A stretch of 64,000 bases of DNA from an uncultured Anaerolineaceae bacterium (GTDB taxonomy: Bacteria > Chloroflexota > Anaerolineae > Anaerolineales > UBA4823), in the NCBI GenBank assembly GCA_964400875.1, contig CAYNWK010000002.1, forward strand, positions 3,391-67,390. The letters run 5' to 3'. Shown here one piece after another: positions 9,759 through 20,027 of the stretch (position 1 is its first letter; each line of letters begins with the position of its first letter). The notes under the pieces were generated by a model. That model made no database searches, was not told the DNA's origin, and saw nothing but the letters and a program-made list of their open reading frames with translations. A program made the translations under genes and the position numbers.

Positions 9759-10614
9759 AACCCATTTCGTAACCCAATGCAACCAGCAGGTCGCCGGCGA
9801 CCTCTTTAAATAACCGGGTGATCTCAGGCGTGAACCGATCCTTCCAGGCGCCCACTCGTCCTGCACGGAACGTAGGCGATCGCTGGGGGTCAATACTGCG
9901 CGCCAGAACGGCGACGGCGTGTTCCCGGTCCACCTTTATCGGGAAGCCGCGCCCGACGGCATGGCCCAGGATCAAAACCAGCGCATCATCCCGATGCTCG
10001 ACGAGATCCTCGAAGTGGATGACCAGCGTCCCAGGGCTCTCCAACCATCCCAGATAAGGCTCGAAGCGCGCCCGGATATCGGGGAAAGGATGCATCCAAT
10101 CCGGTCGGCCCAGGATGCTGGTCCGTAATTGGGCCTCATAGTTTTCGAGTTCCTGGTAATAATCATGGTGGGCATGGCGGGGGGCCATTTCGGTTACATA
10201 ATGCACGTGAGAGACAACCACGTCGCGAGGGTCGCGCAGGATGAAATAGTTTGCCACCCCCTCCCGATCGAGCAGATCGACGATTTGCGGGTGGGCGTGC
10301 AGGTGACCATAGGCAACGTCTCCTGGGCGCAGTCGCTGGACGTCCGCCTTGATCGCCGTCAACGGCCGCGGCTCTCCCGAATCGCCAGCATAAGTCACGA
10401 TCGCCGGCAGCCCGCTGTCCACTGCCGGGCCGAGCTCAGTGAAACCGTGCAGCACCTGGGTCAACAAATGCGTCCCGCTCTTCGGAAACGAATTGGCGAA
10501 CAGAACCGGCACGCCGGAGAAGGTCAGCTGGCGATAACGGGCCAGTTGGCTAATACGTCGTACCGCCCTGCGCGCCAACCTCGCCTGCAGCTCCAATGCG
10601 GCAGCCAAATTCAT
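9748..10614 (-). CDS. Sulfotransferase (PAPS-dependent)
   Basis: 5'-PSB FPKSGTHLL and 3'-PB LRDPRDVVVSH motifs. Confidence 0.8.
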   Translation of the reverse strand: MNLAAALELQARLARRAVRRISQLARYRQLTFSGVPVLFANSFPKSGTHLLTQVLHGFTELGPAVDSGLPAIVTYAGDSGEPRPLTAIKADVQRLRPGDVAYGHLHAHPQIVDLLDREGVANYFILRDPRDVVVSHVHYVTEMAPRHAHHDYYQELENYEAQLRTSILGRPDWMHPFPDIRARFEPYLGWLESPGTLVIHFEDLVEHRDDALVLILGHAVGRGFPIKVDREHAVAVLARSIDPQRSPTFRAGRVGAWKDRFTPEITRLFKEVAGDLLVALGYEMGYDW

Positions 10615-10629
10615 CTTTCTCGCCAGTGG

Positions 10630-11544
10630 CTACCAGTCATGATCGTCTTCGTAACCCAGGCGGATGAGCAGATCGCCGGCCGCTGCCTTAAAACACGCTT
10701 TGTTCGCCGGGGTGAAGTGCTCTCGCCAGTTCCCAGGCTGACCTTTGCGAAAAGTCCCGGATTTGCCGGGGGCCACGGCCATGGCCAAAGACTCGATTGC
10801 TTTGGGACGCGGCAAATTCACCTTGAAGCTGCGCTCAGCCAGGTAACCCAGTAAACGTTCAAGTGCTTTCCAGCGGTCAAGGATTAAATCCTCAAAACGC
10901 AGGCTCAGTACCTGCGGCTGGCTGAGCCAACCCAGGTACTGTTCGTAACGAGCGCGCACACCGCGCAGCTCAAAACCCGGTTGATCCACCCCCTGGATGG
11001 CCGCGTTGAGGCGCGCCTCCATGCTGTCCAGGTCTTGAGTGTAAAAATCGTGCATGCCATGTTCTGGACGCATCTGCGTGGCGTAAAAGACGTGGGAAAC
11101 GAGCATATCCCGGGGGTCCCGGTAGAGGAAGATCGTGGCTCGTCCCCGTCGGGTGAGTTCAGAGAGGTAAGGTTCTTCCGCGCCCAGGTAGCCGTAGGCG
11201 ACGTCCCCCGGGCGCATGGCGCGCAGGTTTTCCAGGATTGCGTGCGGGGGCAAATTCCGGTTATCTTCAGCCCGGTTGATTGGCGGGAAACCCGGATTGA
11301 CGCTGGGCCCTAACCTGGTCAGACCCTGCAGTACTTGGCTGATCAGATGAGAGCCGGATTTGGGCATGGCGTTCCCGAAAACGATCGGCGACTGCTGCAG
11401 CGCCGCCGCGCCCCAACGCAGGCTGGCTGCGGCGCGCCGCCACCGCCAGCGCACAAGTTTGAGAGCGCGCTTGACCCGGTAGTACGGCGTGATTTCGTGG
11501 TTCACGAGGGAGCGGTTAATTTTCCCCTCGAAGGAAGTTTCCAC
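10630..11544 (-). CDS. Sulfotransferase (PAPS-dependent), tandem paralogue
   Basis: 5'-PSB MPKSGSHLI and 3'-PB YRDPRDMLVSH motifs. GTG start. Confidence 0.8.
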   Translation of the reverse strand: METSFEGKINRSLVNHEITPYYRVKRALKLVRWRWRRAAASLRWGAAALQQSPIVFGNAMPKSGSHLISQVLQGLTRLGPSVNPGFPPINRAEDNRNLPPHAILENLRAMRPGDVAYGYLGAEEPYLSELTRRGRATIFLYRDPRDMLVSHVFYATQMRPEHGMHDFYTQDLDSMEARLNAAIQGVDQPGFELRGVRARYEQYLGWLSQPQVLSLRFEDLILDRWKALERLLGYLAERSFKVNLPRPKAIESLAMAVAPGKSGTFRKGQPGNWREHFTPANKACFKAAAGDLLIRLGYEDDHDW

Positions 11545-13243
11545 CGTGCAGAATGCCGTCTACCAGAACCCGGATAGTATTATCCGACCGGATAGTATTA
11601 TCCGACCGGATAGTATTATCCGACCGGACGGTATCCGCCTGGCTGGTACCCTGTCGCGGCGGCGTAAGTTCCTCCCAGGAAAATGCACGCAGTTTCACGT
11701 AACCAGGTCGAGGGTGAGGCTCGATGTAATCCCCAAAAGGAAGGGAGGCTTTCTCCAGCTGGTAGTACAAAAAACGGCGGGCGTTGCGTTGGTATTCTTC
11801 CGGCAGTTCTATCGCGCCCGGCTGGGCTAAAAACAGCTCCGCCTGCCGGCGATAGGCCTCAGCCGAATCGGGGAAGAAAACTATCGGGTACTGCGTAAAG
11901 CGCGCCTTACCGCCGCACAGCACCGGCACGCCCATCAAAGTCGCTTCCAACCCGATCGATGAGTTGTAAACCATCACGAATTTCGCCTTCTGAATCAGCT
12001 CGTAAGAACTCAAATATTCCACCGGCTTGATGAAGATTACATTGGGCAGCCGGTCCACCTGATTGCGCTCGACCCAGTCCTGGACGCTCTCCCGGCTCTG
12101 CTTCCCGGTTCCGGGACGCATTTCATCCGGATGGGCGCGAATCACGAATAGGGTTTCCGGGTGCGCCCGGATGATCTCCAGGATCTGGTCGAGCCAGGCA
12201 AACATATGCGGGAATAAGACATTCGCATGCACCTGGCTGGTATCGTAAACTACGTTGGTAAATACCGGCACGATCTGGTTGAAACCGGCCGACTTGCGTT
12301 CGAACGCCTCTCCTAACCTCTGCATATCCGGCCAGAAGCGGATGCCTGCCATGGTGAACTTGCCCTGAAAGCGCCCACTCAGATACTCATCGAGGCGCGC
12401 GTTTTGCTCGTCGTCCAGCTCGAATTCCTCGGGAATGTCGATGGGATACGCCGTGGCGTGCCTTTCGCTGAAAAACGCCGATTGGGGTTTGAAAGCCACC
12501 TCGTGCGTGATCACCCGTACGCCGGACTGCTGCGCTACCCAGCGCGCCGAGGCTTCCGGGTACATCAAGCCGTTGAACACCACCACGCACTGCGGTTCTA
12601 CACGCTGCAGCAAATCGCGGAAACTTACGCCAACGTGATACGCTGATTGGATATATTCGCGGAACAGGTAACGGGTGGGTTCATCGTCCGGCAGGTTGTG
12701 GACGCGCAGCGCCCAGCGCAAAGAGGGCGTTACCAGGCTGCCCAGCGGCATCACCGGCAGTCGCTCCTCGGGATCGGGTAAGCGCCATGCAAAATCCATC
12801 AAAGCGGGAACGTTCAGATCCTCCAGCGCAGCACCCAGAGCCGAACTGCGCCGAAAAGTGAACCATTCCGTCGGCGCGTGGGCGAACATCCGCTCGGCTT
12901 GGACGATGCAGCCTTGGCATGGCGGAGGCTTGGTGTAATCCCTCCGGTTGGTTCCCAGGACGCAGTGGCTCATGCCGGATCTACAGCCAAAGTAGATCAC
13001 CGGGGCGCCGGCTAACTGCACTCCACAAGCCGCCAGAAACGCGAAGGTGCTGTTTAAACTCATCCCGGTCAGCCGTGTGGAGGCATTGAAAAACACCACC
13101 GGCGGCTCATCTTTGGAGAGGCGCGCCTTCACAGCAATCTTGCGGGTCAGCCGGAACAACCGCCAATTGTTGCGCGCCTCCGCCAGATTGAAGCGCAGTC
13201 TGCGTTGAAGGCTAAGAGTATTGGCCATCAACCGCGGCAGCAA
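11516..13243 (-). CDS. Capsule_synth (KpsC/KpsS-like) glycolipid/ulosonic-acid transferase candidate with a repeat-encoded C-terminal tail
   Basis: IRAHPDE...FVMVYNSSIGLEATLMGVPVLCGGKARF matches the HP...T.NS.VGLEAL..G.PV...G pattern of KpsC/KpsS. The tail is RSDNTI x3. Confidence 0.5.
   Translation of the reverse strand: MLPRLMANTLSLQRRLRFNLAEARNNWRLFRLTRKIAVKARLSKDEPPVVFFNASTRLTGMSLNSTFAFLAACGVQLAGAPVIYFGCRSGMSHCVLGTNRRDYTKPPPCQGCIVQAERMFAHAPTEWFTFRRSSALGAALEDLNVPALMDFAWRLPDPEERLPVMPLGSLVTPSLRWALRVHNLPDDEPTRYLFREYIQSAYHVGVSFRDLLQRVEPQCVVVFNGLMYPEASARWVAQQSGVRVITHEVAFKPQSAFFSERHATAYPIDIPEEFELDDEQNARLDEYLSGRFQGKFTMAGIRFWPDMQRLGEAFERKSAGFNQIVPVFTNVVYDTSQVHANVLFPHMFAWLDQILEIIRAHPETLFVIRAHPDEMRPGTGKQSRESVQDWVERNQVDRLPNVIFIKPVEYLSSYELIQKAKFVMVYNSSIGLEATLMGVPVLCGGKARFTQYPIVFFPDSAEAYRRQAELFLAQPGAIELPEEYQRNARRFLYYQLEKASLPFGDYIEPHPRPGYVKLRAFSWEELTPPRQGTSQADTVRSDNTIRSDNTIRSDNTIRVLVDGILHGGNFLRGEN
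11571..11639. repeat. 18-bp tandem repeat: three perfect units plus one degenerate unit, each self-complementary
   Basis: cggatagtattatccgac occurs at 11571-11588, 11589-11606 and 11607-11624, followed by cggacggtatccg. Both CGGATA-GTAT-TATCCG (within a unit) and TATCCG-AC-CGGATA (across units) are palindromes. Confidence 0.95.
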
Positions 13244-13276
13244 TTGGAAATGGATGAATGCAATGAATTCCGAATG

Positions 13277-15199
13277 CTAACCGCTGCTGGCAGTTTGGAC
13301 CTCATCGACGGCGCGGAAGTAAGCCTCGGACAGGCGTTGGATGGCGATGCGGAAACCCTCGCCCTGGCGCTGGTGACCGCGCCAGATCTCCGGGATCATA
13401 GTGCCCCTATAGCCATCCGGTTGACCGGCGCCGATCATCTTGAAGAATCTGACCCAATCTATGGTGCCCTCCCCGATTTGCAAGCCTTCCCCATCCAGGC
13501 CGGCCCCGTCGGACAGATGTAAATGCCGGATGTATGGAAGTAGGACCAGGACTTGCTCAAAGAAGTCCACGTGCGCCCAGTTGCAGTACAGCTTGGCGTG
13601 GGAGGTGTCGAAGCACATATTCAAGTCGAGAGGGGTGATGAAATCCCGTATTTCGTAAGCGTCCATGAAAGCATTGGTAAGCCACTGCCCGCCGAAATAC
13701 CATGGATGCGGCGGCAAATTCTCCAAAAGGAATTCCACCCCGGCGTAGTCTAAAGCTTCCACCGAGCGGCGCAGGTTATCGTAGAGCGCCTGGCGATCTT
13801 CGACGGGGTGATCCAGGCTCATGCCGCCGGTGTGCACCACCACTTTGGGGGTTCCGACGAAGTGCGGCGCTATTTCGCGGGTCAGATCGATGCTCTTCTG
13901 GATCAACGCCAACGACTGGCGGCGCTGGCGCTCGTCGATGGCGCATAAATCCACCAGGGTACGCTCGAAGAACTCTGGCGCGTGCACGACCAATTTAAGG
14001 TCGAAATCTTGGCCTGGATAATGCTCGTCCAGGTCCTGGTCGGTAAAATGGAACTCGAGCATGCGGGGGTGGTACTCCAACAGCTCTTCAAAGTCGCGGA
14101 AGCGCACAGTGAAGCCCCACTCCATGGGGAGCGTATGCGCTTCGTCCAGGATCACCTCAACGCCTAAATCTTTCTCCAAAAAAGGCTCGTCCTCCTCGAT
14201 CTCCCTGGTTGCCACCCGCCCGATCAATTCGTCGTAGTGCTGCGGCGAAATGCCCAACGCCGGTCCTTTGACCGTCACCAGTTCGGCGGTGATGATCTCT
14301 CCCGCTTGGATACAGCGAGCTGCGACTAAGCTTTTCCCCAATACCTCACGATTGAGGATTTCACCGCGCGAGATATATTTCTCCTCGCCGGTGCCCAACG
14401 CCTCCCTGACCTGCTGTATATCCCGCACCATCTTCCTGAATCCCTGGGGCTCCAGGCTTGCAGCGTGGTCGGGACCGTCCATTGTGCGGTCCAGGGTAAT
14501 ATGCCGCTCGATGATGTTGGCGCCCAACGCGGTAGCAACCGTGGAAACGGCGATGCCGCGTTCGTGCCCGGAATAGCCCACCGGGACGCCAAACCGGCGC
14601 AAACGGTCCATAAAGCGCAGGTTGATGTCCTCAAAGGCGGCGGGATAGGTGCTGTTGCAGTGCAGCAGCGCAAATTCCGCGCCGCGCTGATTGAGGAACC
14701 GGACGGTGGTCTCGACCTCTTCCATCCTGGACATCCCGGTCGAAAGGATGATCGGTTTGCCCTTATTGACCAAGTGGTCCAGCAAGGGCAGGTTGGTCAG
14801 GTCGGCTGAGGCGACTTTGTACGCCGGCACTCCCAGCTCCTCCAGGAAATCGGCGCTCTCGATATCAAACGCCGAGCACATGAAGATGATAGCTTTATCC
14901 CGGCAATATTCAACGATGCGGTGATAAGCACGGTCGGGCAGCTCAACCCGCTGCAGGATCGGCAGGAGGTAACGCAACGTCTTTTCACCGGCGTTGGCGT
15001 TATCCAGGTATTTTTTAGCGTACAGGCTCTCCAGATTGCGCTTTTGAAATTTAACCGCATCAGCGCCGGCATCTACTGCAGCATCGACTAGCTCCAGAGC
15101 CAGCGGCAGCAAGCCATTGTGGTTCACGCCGATCTCGGCGATCACAAAAGCAGGGTGGCCATCGCCGATCAGGCGATCGCCGATCTTTATCACAGGCAT
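13277..15199 (-). CDS. NeuB-type ulosonic acid synthase (with SAF domain) fused to a xylose-isomerase-like TIM-barrel domain
   Basis: N-terminus: FVIAEIGVNHNG...GADAVKFQ. C-terminal ~290 aa: VVHAPEF, FLLENLP, CFDTSHAKL, HLHLSDG...GEGTIDW (AP_endonuc_2/sugar-phosphate isomerase fold). Confidence 0.8.
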   Translation of the reverse strand: MPVIKIGDRLIGDGHPAFVIAEIGVNHNGLLPLALELVDAAVDAGADAVKFQKRNLESLYAKKYLDNANAGEKTLRYLLPILQRVELPDRAYHRIVEYCRDKAIIFMCSAFDIESADFLEELGVPAYKVASADLTNLPLLDHLVNKGKPIILSTGMSRMEEVETTVRFLNQRGAEFALLHCNSTYPAAFEDINLRFMDRLRRFGVPVGYSGHERGIAVSTVATALGANIIERHITLDRTMDGPDHAASLEPQGFRKMVRDIQQVREALGTGEEKYISRGEILNREVLGKSLVAARCIQAGEIITAELVTVKGPALGISPQHYDELIGRVATREIEEDEPFLEKDLGVEVILDEAHTLPMEWGFTVRFRDFEELLEYHPRMLEFHFTDQDLDEHYPGQDFDLKLVVHAPEFFERTLVDLCAIDERQRRQSLALIQKSIDLTREIAPHFVGTPKVVVHTGGMSLDHPVEDRQALYDNLRRSVEALDYAGVEFLLENLPPHPWYFGGQWLTNAFMDAYEIRDFITPLDLNMCFDTSHAKLYCNWAHVDFFEQVLVLLPYIRHLHLSDGAGLDGEGLQIGEGTIDWVRFFKMIGAGQPDGYRGTMIPEIWRGHQRQGEGFRIAIQRLSEAYFRAVDEVQTASSG

Positions 15200-15275
15200 T
15201 TATTATTCTCCAGAAAGGCGGGATCGAACTTTAAAATTGATAGGTCTTTCGCATTTGGAGCAGGGTTGGGGCTGA

Positions 15276-16034
15276 TTAGCCTAGCTGGAAGCCCAGATCG
15301 TCCAAGCTGAGCTCCCCGCTTTCGACCAGCCGCTCGGCGCGGCGCCAGTCATCCGCCGAATCGATATCGATCCAGTCTGCCGCGTCTATCACGAGCGGCA
15401 GAATACGCTCCCCCGTCATTGAATTCTTTTCCAGAAAAGTCCTGGACCAGGCCGCATCCACATAGCCGGTCTGCCAATAAACTTCCGGCAGCGCCTGGCG
15501 CGGCATATTGTAAGCCTCGGGGTATTCCGTCTCGATGAGCGGGTGCATGATCCCTTCCGGATCGATCCGCCACATCTTGTAAGGGTTTTGAAAAGGAACG
15601 CAAACCGTGCGCACCGAATCGGCCTGCGGATGCTCCCTCAACCGCGCCACCGCCTGGTCGATATGGCTGACCCGCCGCAGAGGAGAGGTCGGCCGCAGCT
15701 GGACGACGATCTCCGGATGGTAATCTTCCTGCTCCGCCAGCCAGTGCAAGGCGTGCTGAAAGACAGGCAGATCGGGTGTGTCGTCTTGGGAGTACTCCTG
15801 CGGACGGGTAAACGGCGCCTCCGCACCGTAGTCCAGGGCAATCTGCCGGATGTTTTCATCGTCCGTAGATACGATCACCCGAGCGACACTCCGGGCAGCC
15901 AGCCCAGCGGCGATGCTGTAGGCAATTAAAGGGCGTCCGGCAAAAAGACGGATATTTTTATGGGGAATGCTCTTGGAACCGCCTCGGGCGGGGATCAATG
16001 CCAGCGTTTCGAGCTGACTCACCATGCCGTCCAA
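15276..16034 (-). CDS. Acylneuraminate-type cytidylyltransferase (CMP-ulosonic acid synthetase)
   Basis: ALIPARGGSKSIPHKNIRLFAGRPLIAYSI signature. Confidence 0.8.
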   Translation of the reverse strand: MDGMVSQLETLALIPARGGSKSIPHKNIRLFAGRPLIAYSIAAGLAARSVARVIVSTDDENIRQIALDYGAEAPFTRPQEYSQDDTPDLPVFQHALHWLAEQEDYHPEIVVQLRPTSPLRRVSHIDQAVARLREHPQADSVRTVCVPFQNPYKMWRIDPEGIMHPLIETEYPEAYNMPRQALPEVYWQTGYVDAAWSRTFLEKNSMTGERILPLVIDAADWIDIDSADDWRRAERLVESGELSLDDLGFQLG

Positions 16035-16864
16035 CCGCCGTCTACTACCAGGTTGGCGCCGGTCATATAACTGGAGGCGTCGGAGGCCAGGAAAAGCAGC
16101 GCGCCATTGAGCTCGTCTTTCTCAGCCATGCGTCCCAAGACCGTGCGGGCAGCGTAAGCTTGCAGGAATGCATCGTCGTGCTGGTCGAACACGCCGCCCG
16201 GCGAGAGCGCGTTGACGCGGATATTCTTACCGGCGTAGTAGGTCGCCAGGTAACGTGTCAAGCCTAAAAGCCCGGCCTTGGTCACCGAGTAATAAACAGG
16301 TTTGTACTGAACTTCTACGCCCGCTCGCTGGTAGAGCCGCTGGTCGGGCCCGACCAGGCCGTAGATCGAACACAAATTGACGATCACACCCCCGCCCTGG
16401 CTGAGCATCGGTCGGATGGCAGCCTGGCTGGCGAGAAAAACACCGGTCAAGTTGACGTCCAGCGCTTCTCGCCAGGCCTCCAGGGGATAATCCTCAAAGG
16501 CGTTGGCGAGCTCCTCCGGCGCCTTCTCCGTTTGGCCGGGAGCGAACTTCGGATCGCGTGCTGCACTGTTGACCAGGATATCCAGACGCCCAAAGCGCTC
16601 CAGTGTCTCCGCAACCAGCCCCTGCACGGACTGGGCTTGGGTGACATCGGTTTGAACGGAAATAGCTTGCGGCGCGTCCGCTGGCTGCCCTTCGTTCAGA
16701 GCGCTGCTTATCGCTTCCGCTCCGCCACCATCCAAATCGGCGACCACCACCCGCGCGCCGGCCTGCGCCAGAGTCCGGCAAAATTCCGCACCCAGCAAGC
16801 CGGCTCCGCCGGTGACGATGGCGACCCGCCCGTACAGATCGAACTTTTCAGGCAGGCCGGGCAT
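16019..16864 (-). CDS. Short-chain dehydrogenase/reductase (SDR)
   Basis: VTGGAGLLGAEF cofactor loop, NSAA, YSVTKAG. Confidence 0.85.
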   Translation of the reverse strand: MPGLPEKFDLYGRVAIVTGGAGLLGAEFCRTLAQAGARVVVADLDGGGAEAISSALNEGQPADAPQAISVQTDVTQAQSVQGLVAETLERFGRLDILVNSAARDPKFAPGQTEKAPEELANAFEDYPLEAWREALDVNLTGVFLASQAAIRPMLSQGGGVIVNLCSIYGLVGPDQRLYQRAGVEVQYKPVYYSVTKAGLLGLTRYLATYYAGKNIRVNALSPGGVFDQHDDAFLQAYAARTVLGRMAEKDELNGALLFLASDASSYMTGANLVVDGGWTAW

Positions 16865-16869
16865 GCAGG

Positions 16870-18693
<1,824 letters not shown>

Positions 18694-18708
18694 TTATCCG
18701 ACAGGATT

Positions 18709-18740
18709 CGGGCTTACGCAGTTCGCCGTAAAGTCCGGTG
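18709..18740 (+). repeat. Conserved intergenic motif, copy A
   Basis: CGGGCTTACGCAGTTCGCCGTAAAGTCCGGTG, 40-70 nt upstream of the sat/cysC ATG. Confidence 0.8.
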
Positions 18741-18939
18741 ATTTAAGCGGTCAGCGAGAGGTAAGGGGCGTTTGATGTGCCGATCAAAGGTCGTCCATCG
18801 CGCGTCATTCTTCATGCGATGTCGTTCACCGCACGATTCAGTACCTCCCCCACCCTTCTTTAACGCAGCCGGAGCAGAATCATTTCAGTTGTGCTCGAAT
18901 CCGGGGAGAATGTAGAGGTAAAAAAACCCAACGATTCGC

Positions 18940-19998
18940 CTAGAGCAGTCCTTCGCGACCGGTCTCAATCAACCGTACCAGCCGATTTTCCCGGGCTGAA
19001 AGATGAGCTGCCAGCGCCAACTTCAAAGCCTGGATGCCGTCACCTAGCGTACAGCGCGGCGCACATTCGCCGCGTGCTACCCCAAAAAAGTGGGCCATCT
19101 CCTCCAGGAACATATCGTTGCGTTCAAAATCCGGGCCAGGTTCGTACCGCACCCAACCCGGTCCAGATTGCCCTTCCACTGGTGAGGAGCTGTCCTCCCC
19201 CCGATAATAGGCACAGCTGCCGTCGTAATTGTCCCAACGCAGCACGCCTTTGCTGCCCACGATCTCCAGGGAGTGTTCAGTCGGGCGGCGGCTGAAATCC
19301 AGGTGGACGCTGCCCAATTGTCCTTGCTCGAAGCGCAGCCCGATCTCGGCGGTATCTTCGACTGCCAGTTCGAATTCGTTCAGTTGATCCTTGAAAGCCC
19401 AAACCGCCTCGACCTCTCCCAGCAGCCAGCGGACATAATCCAGCGGATGGCACAGGGTAAGGATCACACCACCACCCAGGTCGCCTCGCGCGCTGTAGCC
19501 GACCCGGTAGTCTTCCCAGGGATGCATCCCGGGGAGGTATTCCGCGTAGACCGCCCGCAGGGACAAGGGCTGCCCGATCTCGCCGTCCTGCAGCCAGCGC
19601 GCCGCCTGCTGCAAGCCCGGATGAAATCGAAATTGAAATCCGACCAGCGCCTGACCGCCTCCCTGTTCTACGGCGTCTGCCAGCTCCTCCACTCGCGCCA
19701 TCGAGTGGGAGATCGGCTTCTCAAGGAGCAGAGGGCAGCCCCTCCTGGCGGCAGGGATGGCGACATCCAGGTGCAGGGCGGTCGGGTTGGAAACGATCAC
19801 CCCATCCGGCTGCAGGTCGAGTGCTTCGTCCAGGTCGGTCACCACCTGGAAGCCTGCAATATCGGCCTCGGGCAGTGTGCTTTGATGGGTGCGGTACAGC
19901 AGGATCTCGTGGGCTTCGCCGTTGCGCTCCCCTAAGGCAACCAGGTTGCGCAGGTGGCGGCGCCCAACGGAGCCGAGACCGGCGATTAGAAATCTCAC
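18940..19998 (-). CDS. Gfo/Idh/MocA family oxidoreductase
   Basis: MRFLIAGLGSVGRRH Rossmann N-terminus, EKP motif (LLLEKPISH). Confidence 0.85.
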   Translation of the reverse strand: MRFLIAGLGSVGRRHLRNLVALGERNGEAHEILLYRTHQSTLPEADIAGFQVVTDLDEALDLQPDGVIVSNPTALHLDVAIPAARRGCPLLLEKPISHSMARVEELADAVEQGGGQALVGFQFRFHPGLQQAARWLQDGEIGQPLSLRAVYAEYLPGMHPWEDYRVGYSARGDLGGGVILTLCHPLDYVRWLLGEVEAVWAFKDQLNEFELAVEDTAEIGLRFEQGQLGSVHLDFSRRPTEHSLEIVGSKGVLRWDNYDGSCAYYRGEDSSSPVEGQSGPGWVRYEPGPDFERNDMFLEEMAHFFGVARGECAPRCTLGDGIQALKLALAAHLSARENRLVRLIETGREGLL

Positions 19999-20027
19999 AG
20001 GTTGATGCTCTGCGGGGAGTTCAAGCG

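Noticed and set aside
11571-11639. The 18-bp repeat as a CRISPR array.
   Set aside because: The units are directly adjacent with no spacers, there are only three and a half copies, they lie inside an ORF, and no cas genes are present.
18709-18740. The conserved motif as an ECF-sigma promoter (GAAC ... CGTAA) or as a structured RNA/riboswitch.
   Set aside because: GAAC and CGTAA are only 2 nt apart, whereas ECF promoters need about 16 nt. No consistent stem could be drawn. One of the five copies is inverted relative to transcription, which argues against an RNA or promoter element.
18915-18935. An intrinsic terminator at the T7 run after the oxidoreductase gene.
   Set aside because: I could not find a GC-rich stem of more than 4-5 bp immediately upstream of the T run, so it was not reported as a terminator feature.
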